Below, piece after piece: positions 25,810-33,625 of a stretch of 33,625 bases of DNA. Location of the stretch: contig JBGCFM010000274.1 in assembly GCA_045106895.1 (NCBI GenBank), forward strand, positions 1 to 33,625, in the 5' to 3' direction. The stretch's first letter is position 1; every line of letters begins with the position of its first letter. The notes beneath the pieces are model-generated. The model searched no databases. It was not told the origin of the DNA and saw only the letters and a list, made by a program, of their open reading frames with translations. Source of the stretch: Polyangiales bacterium (GTDB lineage: Bacteria; Myxococcota_A; Polyangia; Polyangiales; Houyiibacteriaceae). Both the position numbers and the translations under genes were made by a program.

Positions 25810-26340
25810 TCATGGAGCTGGAGTTGCTGGAACGATGATGAACTCAACGCGACGGTTGCTGGCGTGACACTCTTCGGTGTCGTCCTGGCAAATAGGCTCC
25901 ACTTCGCCGACTCCGGAGGAGTCGAGCTCGGCGGTGACGCCGCGCTCGCGAAGGGCGGCGACGACGGCTGCGGCGCGCTGCTCGGAGAGCTCCTGGTTGT
26001 GGTCGTGTCCGCCGGCGGCGTCCGTGTGACCCACGACGCGAAGGTGGCTGATGTCACCGGAGTGACGGGAGAGAAGAAGCGCGATGTGGTCGATGAGAGG
26101 CATCGAGTCGCTGACGAGAACGGCTGCGTCGCTCTCGAAGTTGATGTGACCGTCGATCTCGATGTGGTCGTCGACGATGCGCACGTCAGTAAGAGGCTCC
26201 GGTTCCGGTTCTGGCTCCGGCGCGACCTCGGCGACGGGCGCGGGCTCTACTGGCTCCGGCGTCGTCTCCGCAGGAGTCTCGGCGCCGCCACAGGCGAACG
26301 CGAACATGATAGCGAGCAAAGCAAAGTTCTTCTTAAACAT
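25810..26340 (-). CDS. OmpA/Pal-family peptidoglycan-binding lipoprotein
   Basis: GGAGA RBS, lipobox MFKKNFALLAIMFAFA|C, PE-rich linker, INFESD..VVGHTD..NQELSEQRAAAV..GVGE..NRRVEF. Confidence 0.93.
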   Translation of the reverse strand: MFKKNFALLAIMFAFACGGAETPAETTPEPVEPAPVAEVAPEPEPEPEPLTDVRIVDDHIEIDGHINFESDAAVLVSDSMPLIDHIALLLSRHSGDISHLRVVGHTDAAGGHDHNQELSEQRAAAVVAALRERGVTAELDSSGVGEVEPICQDDTEECHASNRRVEFIIVPATPAP

Positions 26341-26657
26341 AGGAATCTCCAATTTCGCGATTGCCCCCGCATCGCGATGACAGTCTGTTTCGGGAACGGA
26401 CAATCTCCCGCATCCCGCCGGCCGTATATCATGTGATTCGAGGCGCGCAAAAGGTGCCGGATGATTCATCGATTTCTATGTGCGTGTGACAACAACGCGC
26501 CCCTGCGGCCTAAGAGGAGATCGCGTCGCCGCCACCATCCCCCGTTTGAGGGCGTAGGAAAGAAACGCCTCTCCCAGGGAATAGATCCGAGCGTTCAGAG
26601 CAACAAAAACAACGAAAAACCCAATGAATGCGGGCTTGCGGGCGGCGTCATTCTGTA

Positions 26658-27791
26658 ATGATACGAACGATATTTGCCCTCACGCTGCTCTTCGCGACGT
26701 CCGTACAAGTACACGCCCAAGACTTCGTCATCCCCTTGCACATACATGACGCAGGACTTCTGCAACCAGACGGGGCCCTCGCGTCGCGACGGTATCTCGA
26801 AGTGAGCGTCGAGAGCGCGAACCGCTGGTTTGAGGACGCCGGCGTGTGCTTCTTCGTTCAAGCGCATCAACCCTTCCCCGCGAGAGAAACCTACGAGGTG
26901 ATCCGAAGAGAGCTGCCACGAACTCCAGCGGTTCACGCGGCGATCGTCCGTCAGGTCTCGAACAGGGGCCGTCAGGTGAACGGCGTCGCGACCCGGGGCG
27001 GAACACGGGCGACCTTGGCGCTGAGTCGCCTTCGCGCCGATCGATTCACAATGGCCCACGAGCTGGGGCATGTACTTGGGCTGACGCACAGCGAGAGTGG
27101 CGTGATGCGTAGTTCAGGGCGCGACTGGTGGGACCTCGATGAAGAAATGACCCGCACGGAGATTCGAACTGTTCGTGAGAATGCCCGCGCGTTCGTCGCA
27201 CGTCACGAAAACTGGCCGAGGCGTGAGTGCCTTCGACACTCCGTCCCAGAACCTTCTGAGATTGGACCCGACGATTCTCTCTTGCTTCGCGGCGCACGCA
27301 CCTACTCGAACGGCGCGCGCTATGAAGGGTCGCTGCTTTTCGGCCGCAGACATGGCTTAGGCACCCATGAGTATGCCGACGGTTCAACCTACCAAGGCAT
27401 GTGGGCGCTCGGGGAGCGGCACGGCCAAGGCACGCACGAGCAAGGTCGCAGGCGCTACGTCGGCGACTGGGCTAATGACCGACGACAAGGCCACGGGCTC
27501 CAGGTGTATCGCAACGGGACCGAATACGAAGGCGCCTTCGTACGTGGTCAGCGACATGGCTTAGGAGAGCATCGTTTCCGCAGGGGTCGCTATCGTGGCA
27601 ACTGGCATCGCGGTGAACGCTCCGGCTTCGGTGAGTACATCTTCCCCAACGGCGACCGGCATGTGGGGCAGTGGCGAGGCGGCCGACGCCATGGTTTCGG
27701 AACTCATCGTTTCAACCGGACCGGACGGCGTTTGATCGGCGAGTGGCGCAATGGTGATCACACATCGACTTCGAATATGTGTTCGCGCTAA
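26658..27791 (+). CDS. Secreted metzincin-like zinc peptidase fused to MORN repeats
   Basis: Signal MIRTIFALTLLFATSVQVHA|Q. HELGHVLGLTH at nt 27057-27089 plus a Met-turn (GVM). About 6-7 YxGxWxxGxRHGxG MORN repeats. Confidence 0.85.
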   Translation: MIRTIFALTLLFATSVQVHAQDFVIPLHIHDAGLLQPDGALASRRYLEVSVESANRWFEDAGVCFFVQAHQPFPARETYEVIRRELPRTPAVHAAIVRQVSNRGRQVNGVATRGGTRATLALSRLRADRFTMAHELGHVLGLTHSESGVMRSSGRDWWDLDEEMTRTEIRTVRENARAFVARHENWPRRECLRHSVPEPSEIGPDDSLLLRGARTYSNGARYEGSLLFGRRHGLGTHEYADGSTYQGMWALGERHGQGTHEQGRRRYVGDWANDRRQGHGLQVYRNGTEYEGAFVRGQRHGLGEHRFRRGRYRGNWHRGERSGFGEYIFPNGDRHVGQWRGGRRHGFGTHRFNRTGRRLIGEWRNGDHTSTSNMCSR

Positions 27792-27793
27792 CG

Positions 27794-28027
27794 CTACTCC
27801 GCGTCGAGCTCTTCGCTGATACGTCGCGCTCCGTTCCCCATGGCGGACGCCGTAACGCGGAGGGTCTCAGCGCTGGTTTGAAGCGCGAGCTCAGCGACGC
27901 GGAGCCCATGGAGAGCCCACATTCGGCCAACGCGAAAGAGATCGCCGATGGCTTCGCTGGCAGCTTCGCCCTCTTCGTCGAAGACGCGCCGCGCACTGCG
28001 GGTGGATGATGGTTGATTGTCGTTCAT
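27794..28027 (-). CDS. Small hypothetical helical protein (77 aa)
   Basis: Strong AAGGAG RBS right after the stop of the upstream RHH gene; amphipathic sequence. Confidence 0.7.
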   Translation of the reverse strand: MNDNQPSSTRSARRVFDEEGEAASEAIGDLFRVGRMWALHGLRVAELALQTSAETLRVTASAMGNGARRISEELDAE

Positions 28028-28038
28028 GATCGGCTCCT

Positions 28039-28494
28039 TCATTGGTTTTCTTCTCTCGCCCGAAAGGGCAGGCACTCAGGTCCGAGCAGCACGCGCGCGC
28101 CGCCGTCGTCGCGAATACCCAAATGAGCTTCGCTTCCGCGCGGAAGCTCGCCGCCGCACAAGGTGCAGGACTCGTCGCGCGCCAATCGAATCGCTTGGTA
28201 GCCAACGACGGCGGCAAGCGGAGGCCCCTCCGTGGACGCCGCGACAACGGCGCCTCGGGCGTAAGGCTGTTTAGGGCCGAGGAGTTTCGCGACGTCGCGA
28301 AGCTCGCTTTCTGCGCGACGGCCGATCACGTCGACGGTTTTGACGGCGTCCTCGAGGATGGTGCGGACCACGTTGGAGACCGGCACACGCAGGTTCTGAG
28401 CGAGGGCCTTCAGCTCCTGCTCCAGGACTGCGGGCACTCGCGTGTGCAGAACCTTCTCTTTTCTAGGTTTCGTCGTTTCTTCGTCGTCGGCCAT
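28039..28494 (-). CDS. Ribbon-helix-helix (CopG/Arc/MetJ-like) regulator with C-terminal Cys-containing domain
   Basis: KVLHTRVPAVLEQELKALAQNLRVPVSNVVRTILEDAV fits strand-helix-helix. C-terminal CTLC...GPEC. Confidence 0.7.
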   Translation of the reverse strand: MADDEETTKPRKEKVLHTRVPAVLEQELKALAQNLRVPVSNVVRTILEDAVKTVDVIGRRAESELRDVAKLLGPKQPYARGAVVAASTEGPPLAAVVGYQAIRLARDESCTLCGGELPRGSEAHLGIRDDGGARVLLGPECLPFRAREENQ

Positions 28495-28495
28495 G

Positions 28496-28549
28496 AACAC
28501 GTTGTAACACGCGACAACACAAAGTCAACACATTGTATTACAACGTGTT
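28496..28549. promoter_or_regulatory. AT-rich repeat operator/promoter upstream of the RHH gene
   Basis: Perfect 12-bp inverted repeat AACACGTTGTAA (28496-28507) / TTACAACGTGTT (28538-28549). AACAC occurs at 28496, 28506, 28516 and 28527. Minus strand reads TTGACT-N16-TACAAC-N6-ATG. Confidence 0.7.
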
Positions 28550-28590
28550 TCGTTTCGAGGGACCAGAGAAGCCCTGCTAGCGTTCCGCCG

Positions 28591-29886
28591 GTGCGCACTT
28601 TCTGTTCTCTGACGATTCTGCTGACGCTGGCCTGCGACTCCGCAAACCACCCCGAAGTGGATGCCAGCATGGATGCCGGCAGCGGGGACGTCTTCGACGC
28701 GAAAGTCGATGCCGACCCCGACGTGGTCTTCGACGCAGCAGACTTCTCTGACTTCGCACCGAGCCCAACGTGCGGCGAGCCGGGGTGTCTGCGAAGTGCG
28801 ACGTTGGTCGGCGACTTCACCGTCGATGACCTCCAGCCTCTTCTGGAGGCGGGCGTCCGCATCGACAATGGCTATTCCGTTTGGACTCTCGCCTACGCGA
28901 CGGATCGCGCGGAGGCTCTCGCGACCGTGGCCATCCCCTTTCGCGCGCGGGCTCCCCTCGGCGGCTATCACATCGTCGGCAACAACCACGGAACGACCGG
29001 CGTGGCCGAGAGTTGTGGGCTGACAGGGACCGTGTACGGCGCAGGCCTCGCTGGCCTCTTCGGGGCCCGCGGAATGATCGGCGTGGCGCCCGACTATCCG
29101 GGTCTCGGGACCGCCGGCGCTCACCCATACCTTGTCACTGAGATCGAAGGGCGCGCCGTCCTTGATTCTCTTCGCGCAGCACGGCAGCTGAGTCGATGGC
29201 TCGGGCTTCCACTCAGCGACCGCTTCGCGACGACGGGACTCAGCCAGGGAGGTCACGCGACCCTTGCCGCAGCGATGCAGCACGCGGCTTACGCACCCGA
29301 CCTCGACATTCGTGCCTTCGGTGCCGCCGCGCCGGCGAGCGCGTGGCTCGAACACTGGCAAGCGGGCGCGACCTTCGACGGCGAACACCTCGTCTACCAC
29401 GCGCTGCTCGTCCAAGCGTGGACGCAGCACTACGACTACGCGGGGCCCTCACCCTGGGCTCCGGGGTTCGATGTCATGGCGCTCTCAAGGGCCTGCATCT
29501 TCAACATCCGCGACAACGAGGTCCTCGCACGAGTCGTCCCGCAGGTCCGCTCAGAGCTCTTCTCCGCCGAGTTCCTCGCAGCCTACTCGACGGGAGACTG
29601 GGGCCCCTATGCGGAGTTTGGAGACTACTTCGCCAACAACCGCATCGTCGCATTCGACCAGAGCGCGCCGCTGCGAATCTACCAAGGCGACGCCGACGGG
29701 ACGGTCCTCGAAGGAGACACTGCGCAGATGGTGGCGGCGCTGCGGGACGGCGGCGTCGACGTCGAGTACGAGGTCGTCGAAGGAGGCGAGCATCTGAACG
29801 TCGCGTTTGGTTTCGTCGCGACGAACGAACTTCGCACGGAGGCGAGCATTGCCTGGCTCCGCTCCTTGCTGGACGCCTCGCCGTAG
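28591..29886 (+). CDS. Secretory lipase-like alpha/beta hydrolase lipoprotein
   Basis: GTG start with lipobox LTLA|C. NHGTTG, APDYPGLG, nucleophile GLSQGG, YQGDAD (Asp), GGEH (His). Confidence 0.88.
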   Translation: MRTFCSLTILLTLACDSANHPEVDASMDAGSGDVFDAKVDADPDVVFDAADFSDFAPSPTCGEPGCLRSATLVGDFTVDDLQPLLEAGVRIDNGYSVWTLAYATDRAEALATVAIPFRARAPLGGYHIVGNNHGTTGVAESCGLTGTVYGAGLAGLFGARGMIGVAPDYPGLGTAGAHPYLVTEIEGRAVLDSLRAARQLSRWLGLPLSDRFATTGLSQGGHATLAAAMQHAAYAPDLDIRAFGAAAPASAWLEHWQAGATFDGEHLVYHALLVQAWTQHYDYAGPSPWAPGFDVMALSRACIFNIRDNEVLARVVPQVRSELFSAEFLAAYSTGDWGPYAEFGDYFANNRIVAFDQSAPLRIYQGDADGTVLEGDTAQMVAALRDGGVDVEYEVVEGGEHLNVAFGFVATNELRTEASIAWLRSLLDASP

Positions 29887-29960
29887 GCTGCAATGGACGC
29901 TCAAGTGAATGGTGCTTCTCAGCGCACGTCGAAGCTGAGACGATCACATCGGGGAAACCT

Positions 29961-30740
29961 ATGACACGTTTGTACAACTTTACGCTTTGCTTCGCGCTTC
30001 TAAACTTGAGCTGCGCTGGCTTCCAATGGCCGGCGGCGGGCGTGCAGCCTCTCCCGCCAAACGTGAGCATCGCCAACGTCCGCGTGGCGGAGATGCCGAC
30101 GAGCAACGTGCTGGCGGCCTACCTCTGCGAGCGCTACGTCCCCGCGCCGATGAACGCGGTCGTGTGCCGCGCCTTCGGTCCAAGAGTGTCCGCGTCAGAC
30201 CTCGACTTCGCTTTTGATCTTGAGCTCGACGTCGCGAACCCAAACCGCATCCCCTTGCCCGTCGTCCAGGCGATGGTGGGTTTCACCGCCTACCCTGGAC
30301 AAGCAGAGCAGAACCTTGGCGCGCTCTGCGTGAGCTTCTGCGAAGTTCCAACGAGCTGCCCCCAGGACGCCGCAAGCGCCTGCCACAGCGATGACCCAGA
30401 GATCCGCGATCTGGACAGCTTCGCCGGCGCCGCCGCTAACTTCCTCGTGCGCGCGGCGACGGGCCAAACAAGCGTCGAAGATTTGAGACTTCAGACCGTG
30501 GCTCCCGGCGAGAGCGCCCGTCTCGTCATTCGGCTCCGCCTCGCGCCCCTGCAGCTTCTCGAGTTGATTCGGCAAACTGGAGAACAGACCCTGGGCGAAC
30601 TACGAAACGGCCGAGTCCCTTCCTTCGCGATCCAATACCGCATCGAAGGCAGCGCCTGGGTACGCATCGAGAACTTTGGTCGCCTCGCCGTGAACTTCGG
30701 CCCGAGCGAAGGCGAGTGGCGTCTGAGCGACGCGCGCTAA
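29961..30740 (+). CDS. Lipoprotein with LEA_2/WHy-like domain
   Basis: MTRLYNFTLCFALLNLS|C; FDLELDVANPNRIPLPV; YRIEGSAWV. Confidence 0.65.
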   Translation: MTRLYNFTLCFALLNLSCAGFQWPAAGVQPLPPNVSIANVRVAEMPTSNVLAAYLCERYVPAPMNAVVCRAFGPRVSASDLDFAFDLELDVANPNRIPLPVVQAMVGFTAYPGQAEQNLGALCVSFCEVPTSCPQDAASACHSDDPEIRDLDSFAGAAANFLVRAATGQTSVEDLRLQTVAPGESARLVIRLRLAPLQLLELIRQTGEQTLGELRNGRVPSFAIQYRIEGSAWVRIENFGRLAVNFGPSEGEWRLSDAR

Positions 30741-30760
30741 AGACCGTTCGCTCTCAATGA

Positions 30761-31705
30761 TCACTGATGCGTGATGGGGATGCGCGGCGCGACGAAGTCC
30801 TTCGCGAGGGACACCATGCCCGCGTCGTCTTCGACGGACAGTTCGGCGATGCACTCATCGAGGCTCTTGGCGACGTCACGCGCTCGTTTGGGCCTCGCCG
30901 CTGGTGACTTTGCGAGCAGCGCGAAGATCAACTGAACGAGCTTGTCTGGGGCCTCGCTCACCACCTCTCTGATATCCGGCGGTGCTTCGTCGAGGGCGCG
31001 GCGTGGTCCGTCGGCTCCGCCGTAGAGACGCATATGCGTGAGAGCTTCGTAGAGAACGACGCCAAAAGACCACATGTCTGCTTCGACGCTCCCTTCGCCA
31101 AAGCGAAGACGCTCCGGGGCCATGTAGGAGACCTTGCCCTTCAAGAGGTCACGTGTCGTCTCGCTCACTCGCCCAAACGCTTTGGCGATGCCGAAGTCCG
31201 TCAGCCGAGCGACGCCGTCCCGGCCGACGAGGATATTGTCAGGGGAGATGTCACGATGAAGAATCTCAAGGGGCTGCCCTTCGAGGTCGCGGGCTTCATG
31301 GGCGCTGTCGAGGCCCAGCGCCACATCGCGCATCAGCTCCAGGACGACGCATGGTGGGATCACCTCTTCGAGTCGGATCGCTCCACGAATGAGCTGCTTC
31401 AAGGAGAGGCCGTCGACGTACTCCATCAGCATAAAGGGGCCATCCTGATCACGGCCCACGTCGAAGACGCGCACGACGTTCGGATGGCGCAGAAGGCCCA
31501 TCAGGCGCGCTTCGTCGACGAACGCCCGCACCGCCATATCGTCGCTGAGAATCTCCCCACGAAGCCGTTTGACGGCGTAGCTTCGCCGGAACTCGCCCTC
31601 CTCGCGAATGGCCAAGAAGACCTCGCCCATGCCGCCACGCCCGATGGGCCGGACCAAGCGAAAGGCAGGAGTCTCCGAAGCCTCGACAGCCTCCCTTAGG
31701 GACAT
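30761..31705 (-). CDS. Hanks-type Ser/Thr protein kinase (kinase domain only)
   Basis: IGRGGMGEVF, AVKRL, HPNVV, HRDISPDNIL, TDFGIAK, GKVSYMAPE, DMWSFG, PAARP. Confidence 0.95.
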   Translation of the reverse strand: MSLREAVEASETPAFRLVRPIGRGGMGEVFLAIREEGEFRRSYAVKRLRGEILSDDMAVRAFVDEARLMGLLRHPNVVRVFDVGRDQDGPFMLMEYVDGLSLKQLIRGAIRLEEVIPPCVVLELMRDVALGLDSAHEARDLEGQPLEILHRDISPDNILVGRDGVARLTDFGIAKAFGRVSETTRDLLKGKVSYMAPERLRFGEGSVEADMWSFGVVLYEALTHMRLYGGADGPRRALDEAPPDIREVVSEAPDKLVQLIFALLAKSPAARPKRARDVAKSLDECIAELSVEDDAGMVSLAKDFVAPRIPITHQ

Positions 31706-32952
31706 GGAATCCGTTCGTTGCTGACAACGATGTCGTCCACGTAGAGCGTTGTGGGCAGGAGCCCGCCGAGCAGACCCAAGTGAGCGTAGAAGACATCGCC
31801 CACAAACGCGTCCGCGATGCTCGACTCGTTCGCGTCGAAGAGCGTTCCGTCAATGCCCGCAACGGTGCGCGCTTCCGGATCGAAGCCAAACTCGACGCAC
31901 GTCCAACGGTCGCTCGGAATCTGGGGCAAGCCACCTGAGCCATCCTGCTGAAGCGGCGGCGACGTCCGCCATTGAATGAATGTGCCACTCTCGTTCCACC
32001 GATAGTTCACCACGGTGTCGGAACCGATGACCTGCGTGCCGGCGGTCCAGCGGACGAGCGCTTGGTTGCGATCAGGCTGCGCGGCGAGGGCTTCGAAACT
32101 CGAGGCCGGCGCGTAGAACATCGCACGCACCCAGCGGGGCCCCCGCGGAGAAGGAAGCGCCAAGAACGAAGAGTCTACCCCCGACTCTCCGACCTCGAGG
32201 TGGAGCACCTTCGAGCCGCAAGGCGGAGGCGCCGTCAGCTCACTCTGGTTCCGAGCGTCCACGACTTCGAAGACGTGCTCGCCGTTTGTTCTCATGCATG
32301 GCCCGACGTTCTCGCTTTCGAAGTCTGGGCACATTGGCCAAGACTCCGTCTCCTCGAAGTTCTCCGCGATGAGGCCTCGCTCCTCGCAAATATTGCCCGA
32401 GCACTCCACGGGAACCGGTGCGCCCTCCGCGAGATCGCACGCGCCGACACATTCGCCCTCGCCGCAGGTACGCCCCGACGCGCAGCGCACACCACCACAC
32501 GCCGTCGTGAATGTCCGCTCGATGATTCGCTGCTGACCATCCGCAAAGTTCGCCAGCACGCGCTGCACCAAACGGATCCGTCGTTCTTCAGCGCGCAAGA
32601 GTGACGTTCTCCGCTTACGATCTGTGCAACATCTTCTAAGCCGGGCACTACGCCCTCCTCGCCGCTGCCTTCGGGCCTGCCCATCTGCCCCCACTCGTTG
32701 CTGCCCTCGCAGACGACGTAGCCCGCCTCGTCGACGGCGCACAGATGCGAGGTTCCCACGCTGATCGATCTGTACGCGGGGCAAGCCCTCAGAACGTCGA
32801 TGGCCCCGTCAACGGGACCTGCGTCTTCGCCAGGCGGATGAGACAAATAGCACCCCCCGAGGAGAACGAGTCCGGGTTATTCCGATAGCACTCGGCTCCA
32901 ACCGATTCCCTCGCCCGCTCACACGCGCAACGAACACGGCGTCCCGGCTCAT
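31696..32952 (-). pseudogene. Disrupted/chimeric lipoprotein gene: RCC1-repeat lipoprotein 5' part joined out of frame to a Cys-rich + beta-sandwich 3' part
   Basis: The signal peptide is split by a frameshift near 32874 (..SAIGIT | GLVLLGG-C, with TAA immediately before the lipobox frame). RCC1-like repeats (SISVGTSHLCAV..CEGSNEWGQMG, QIVSGERHSCALKNDGSVWC) stop making sense at ~32565. Another frame then gives VQRVLANFADG..CGGVRCASGRTC..RWTCVEF..YVDDIVVSNERIPCP. Confidence 0.7.
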
Positions 32953-33075
32953 AGCTGCCGGGGCAGCTTCTTCGTTTTCGCGGATTTCTTAGGTTCTTCG
33001 CTTACATCGGCAGAAGAATGCGGCGTTGGCTCAGGAGAGGACGCGAATCAGGAGCGAGTCGTTTACACTTTGCGC

Positions 33076-33625
33076 ATGAACTTCCGCGCGACGGTATTCC
33101 TCCTCAGCCTGCTGGCCGCCTGCGACTGCAGCTCAACAGCACCAGACACCTGCACGAGCGACGACGAATGCGCCGGCGGACTCTGCGTGGACGGCGCGTG
33201 CACACAGCCCGTCGATGCGTCGAATCTCCCCGACGTCGTCATGAGCGATGCGGGCACGGATGCCCCCTTGGACATTGCTCAAGCAGACATCCAGTGCCCC
33301 CTAGTGACCTGCGGCGATGTGTGCTGCGCCGAGGGGGAACGCTGTGCATCCTTTGGTTGCGTCATCGACCTCGGCGAGTGCGCGGGCAACGACGACTGCC
33401 GCGGCGACAGCTACTGCGACGAAGGCTCTTGCACGCCTTACGGCATGCCGCCTGAGATCACGAACGACCCCGAGTGCGAGCGCGAGCTTGAGGTTGGCGC
33501 GTTTGAGCCCGCCGTTCAGTGCGCGTGGACCGACCCCGAGATGCCGTCCACCGGCGGGAGCAGCGTATATAGCGCGCCCTTGGTCGCTGACTTTAACCTG
33601 AACAACGACCCGGACGTCCTCGCGC
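33076..33625 (+). CDS. Cys-rich lipoprotein, probably FG-GAP/VCBS-repeat type (3' end outside window)
   Basis: Translated by hand: MNFRATVFLLSLLAA|CDC..CTSDDECAGGLCVDGAC..CGDVCCAEGERC..FEPAVQCAW..SAPLVADFNLNNDPD. The frame is open to the window edge and is absent from the ORF track. Confidence 0.82.
   Translation, partial: MNFRATVFLLSLLAACDCSSTAPDTCTSDDECAGGLCVDGACTQPVDASNLPDVVMSDAGTDAPLDIAQADIQCPLVTCGDVCCAEGERCASFGCVIDLGECAGNDDCRGDSYCDEGSCTPYGMPPEITNDPECERELEVGAFEPAVQCAWTDPEMPSTGGSSVYSAPLVADFNLNNDPDVLA

Noticed and set aside
26341..26657. 317-nt divergent intergenic region as a possible sRNA or riboswitch
   Set aside because: Only short hairpins; no riboswitch or sRNA consensus that I can recognise. 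An Rfam/Infernal search would settle it.
28042..28590. N-terminal extension of the 614-aa lipase ORF (similarly 29196-29960, 22922-23167, 13729-13884, 18118-18234, 26341-26469)
   Set aside because: Most extensions overlap other genes. Downstream starts give proper signal peptides, RBSs or family N-termini.
29917..29940. 7-bp inverted repeat TCTCAGC/GCTGAGA between the lipase and LEA genes
   Set aside because: Short, no U-tract, compatible with chance.
32953..32978. AGCTGCC-GG-GGCAGCT hairpin followed by a T-rich tract
   Set aside because: Terminator-like on the + strand, but it sits in a divergent intergenic region with no + gene upstream to terminate.
1..33625. CRISPR arrays, tRNA/rRNA, transposases, integrases, prophage genes
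   Set aside because: None seen; the repeats found are short coding or operator-scale elements.

Overview
GC-rich bacterial chromosomal window. It is most likely from Myxococcota (Polyangiales-like); this is inferred from the Cys-rich and 'DAG'-linker lipoproteins, the Hanks kinase and the STAS-like small protein. I found no rRNA, tRNA, CRISPR array or mobile element. The left 10 kb is a tightly coupled minus-strand ion-homeostasis operon: CPA antiporter -> trkA -> trkH -> a 1548-aa CPA antiporter fused to a long helical stalk and a degenerate STAND/AAA-like P-loop NTPase with a wHTH-like tail -> MscS-family channel with a long acidic/coiled-coil N-terminus (runs off the window and is missing from the ORF track). 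This operon is the best candidate for an undescribed system. Other notable items are a HEAT + DUF4132-like protein carrying a PARP-type zinc finger, a bacterial Elp3, a secreted metzincin-MORN fusion, and an RHH regulator with an AT-rich repeat operator. There is also an hsp20 pair with a thermometer-like leader and a broken chimeric lipoprotein gene coupled to a kinase-only Ser/Thr kinase. All domain calls come from motif recognition by eye, not database searches.
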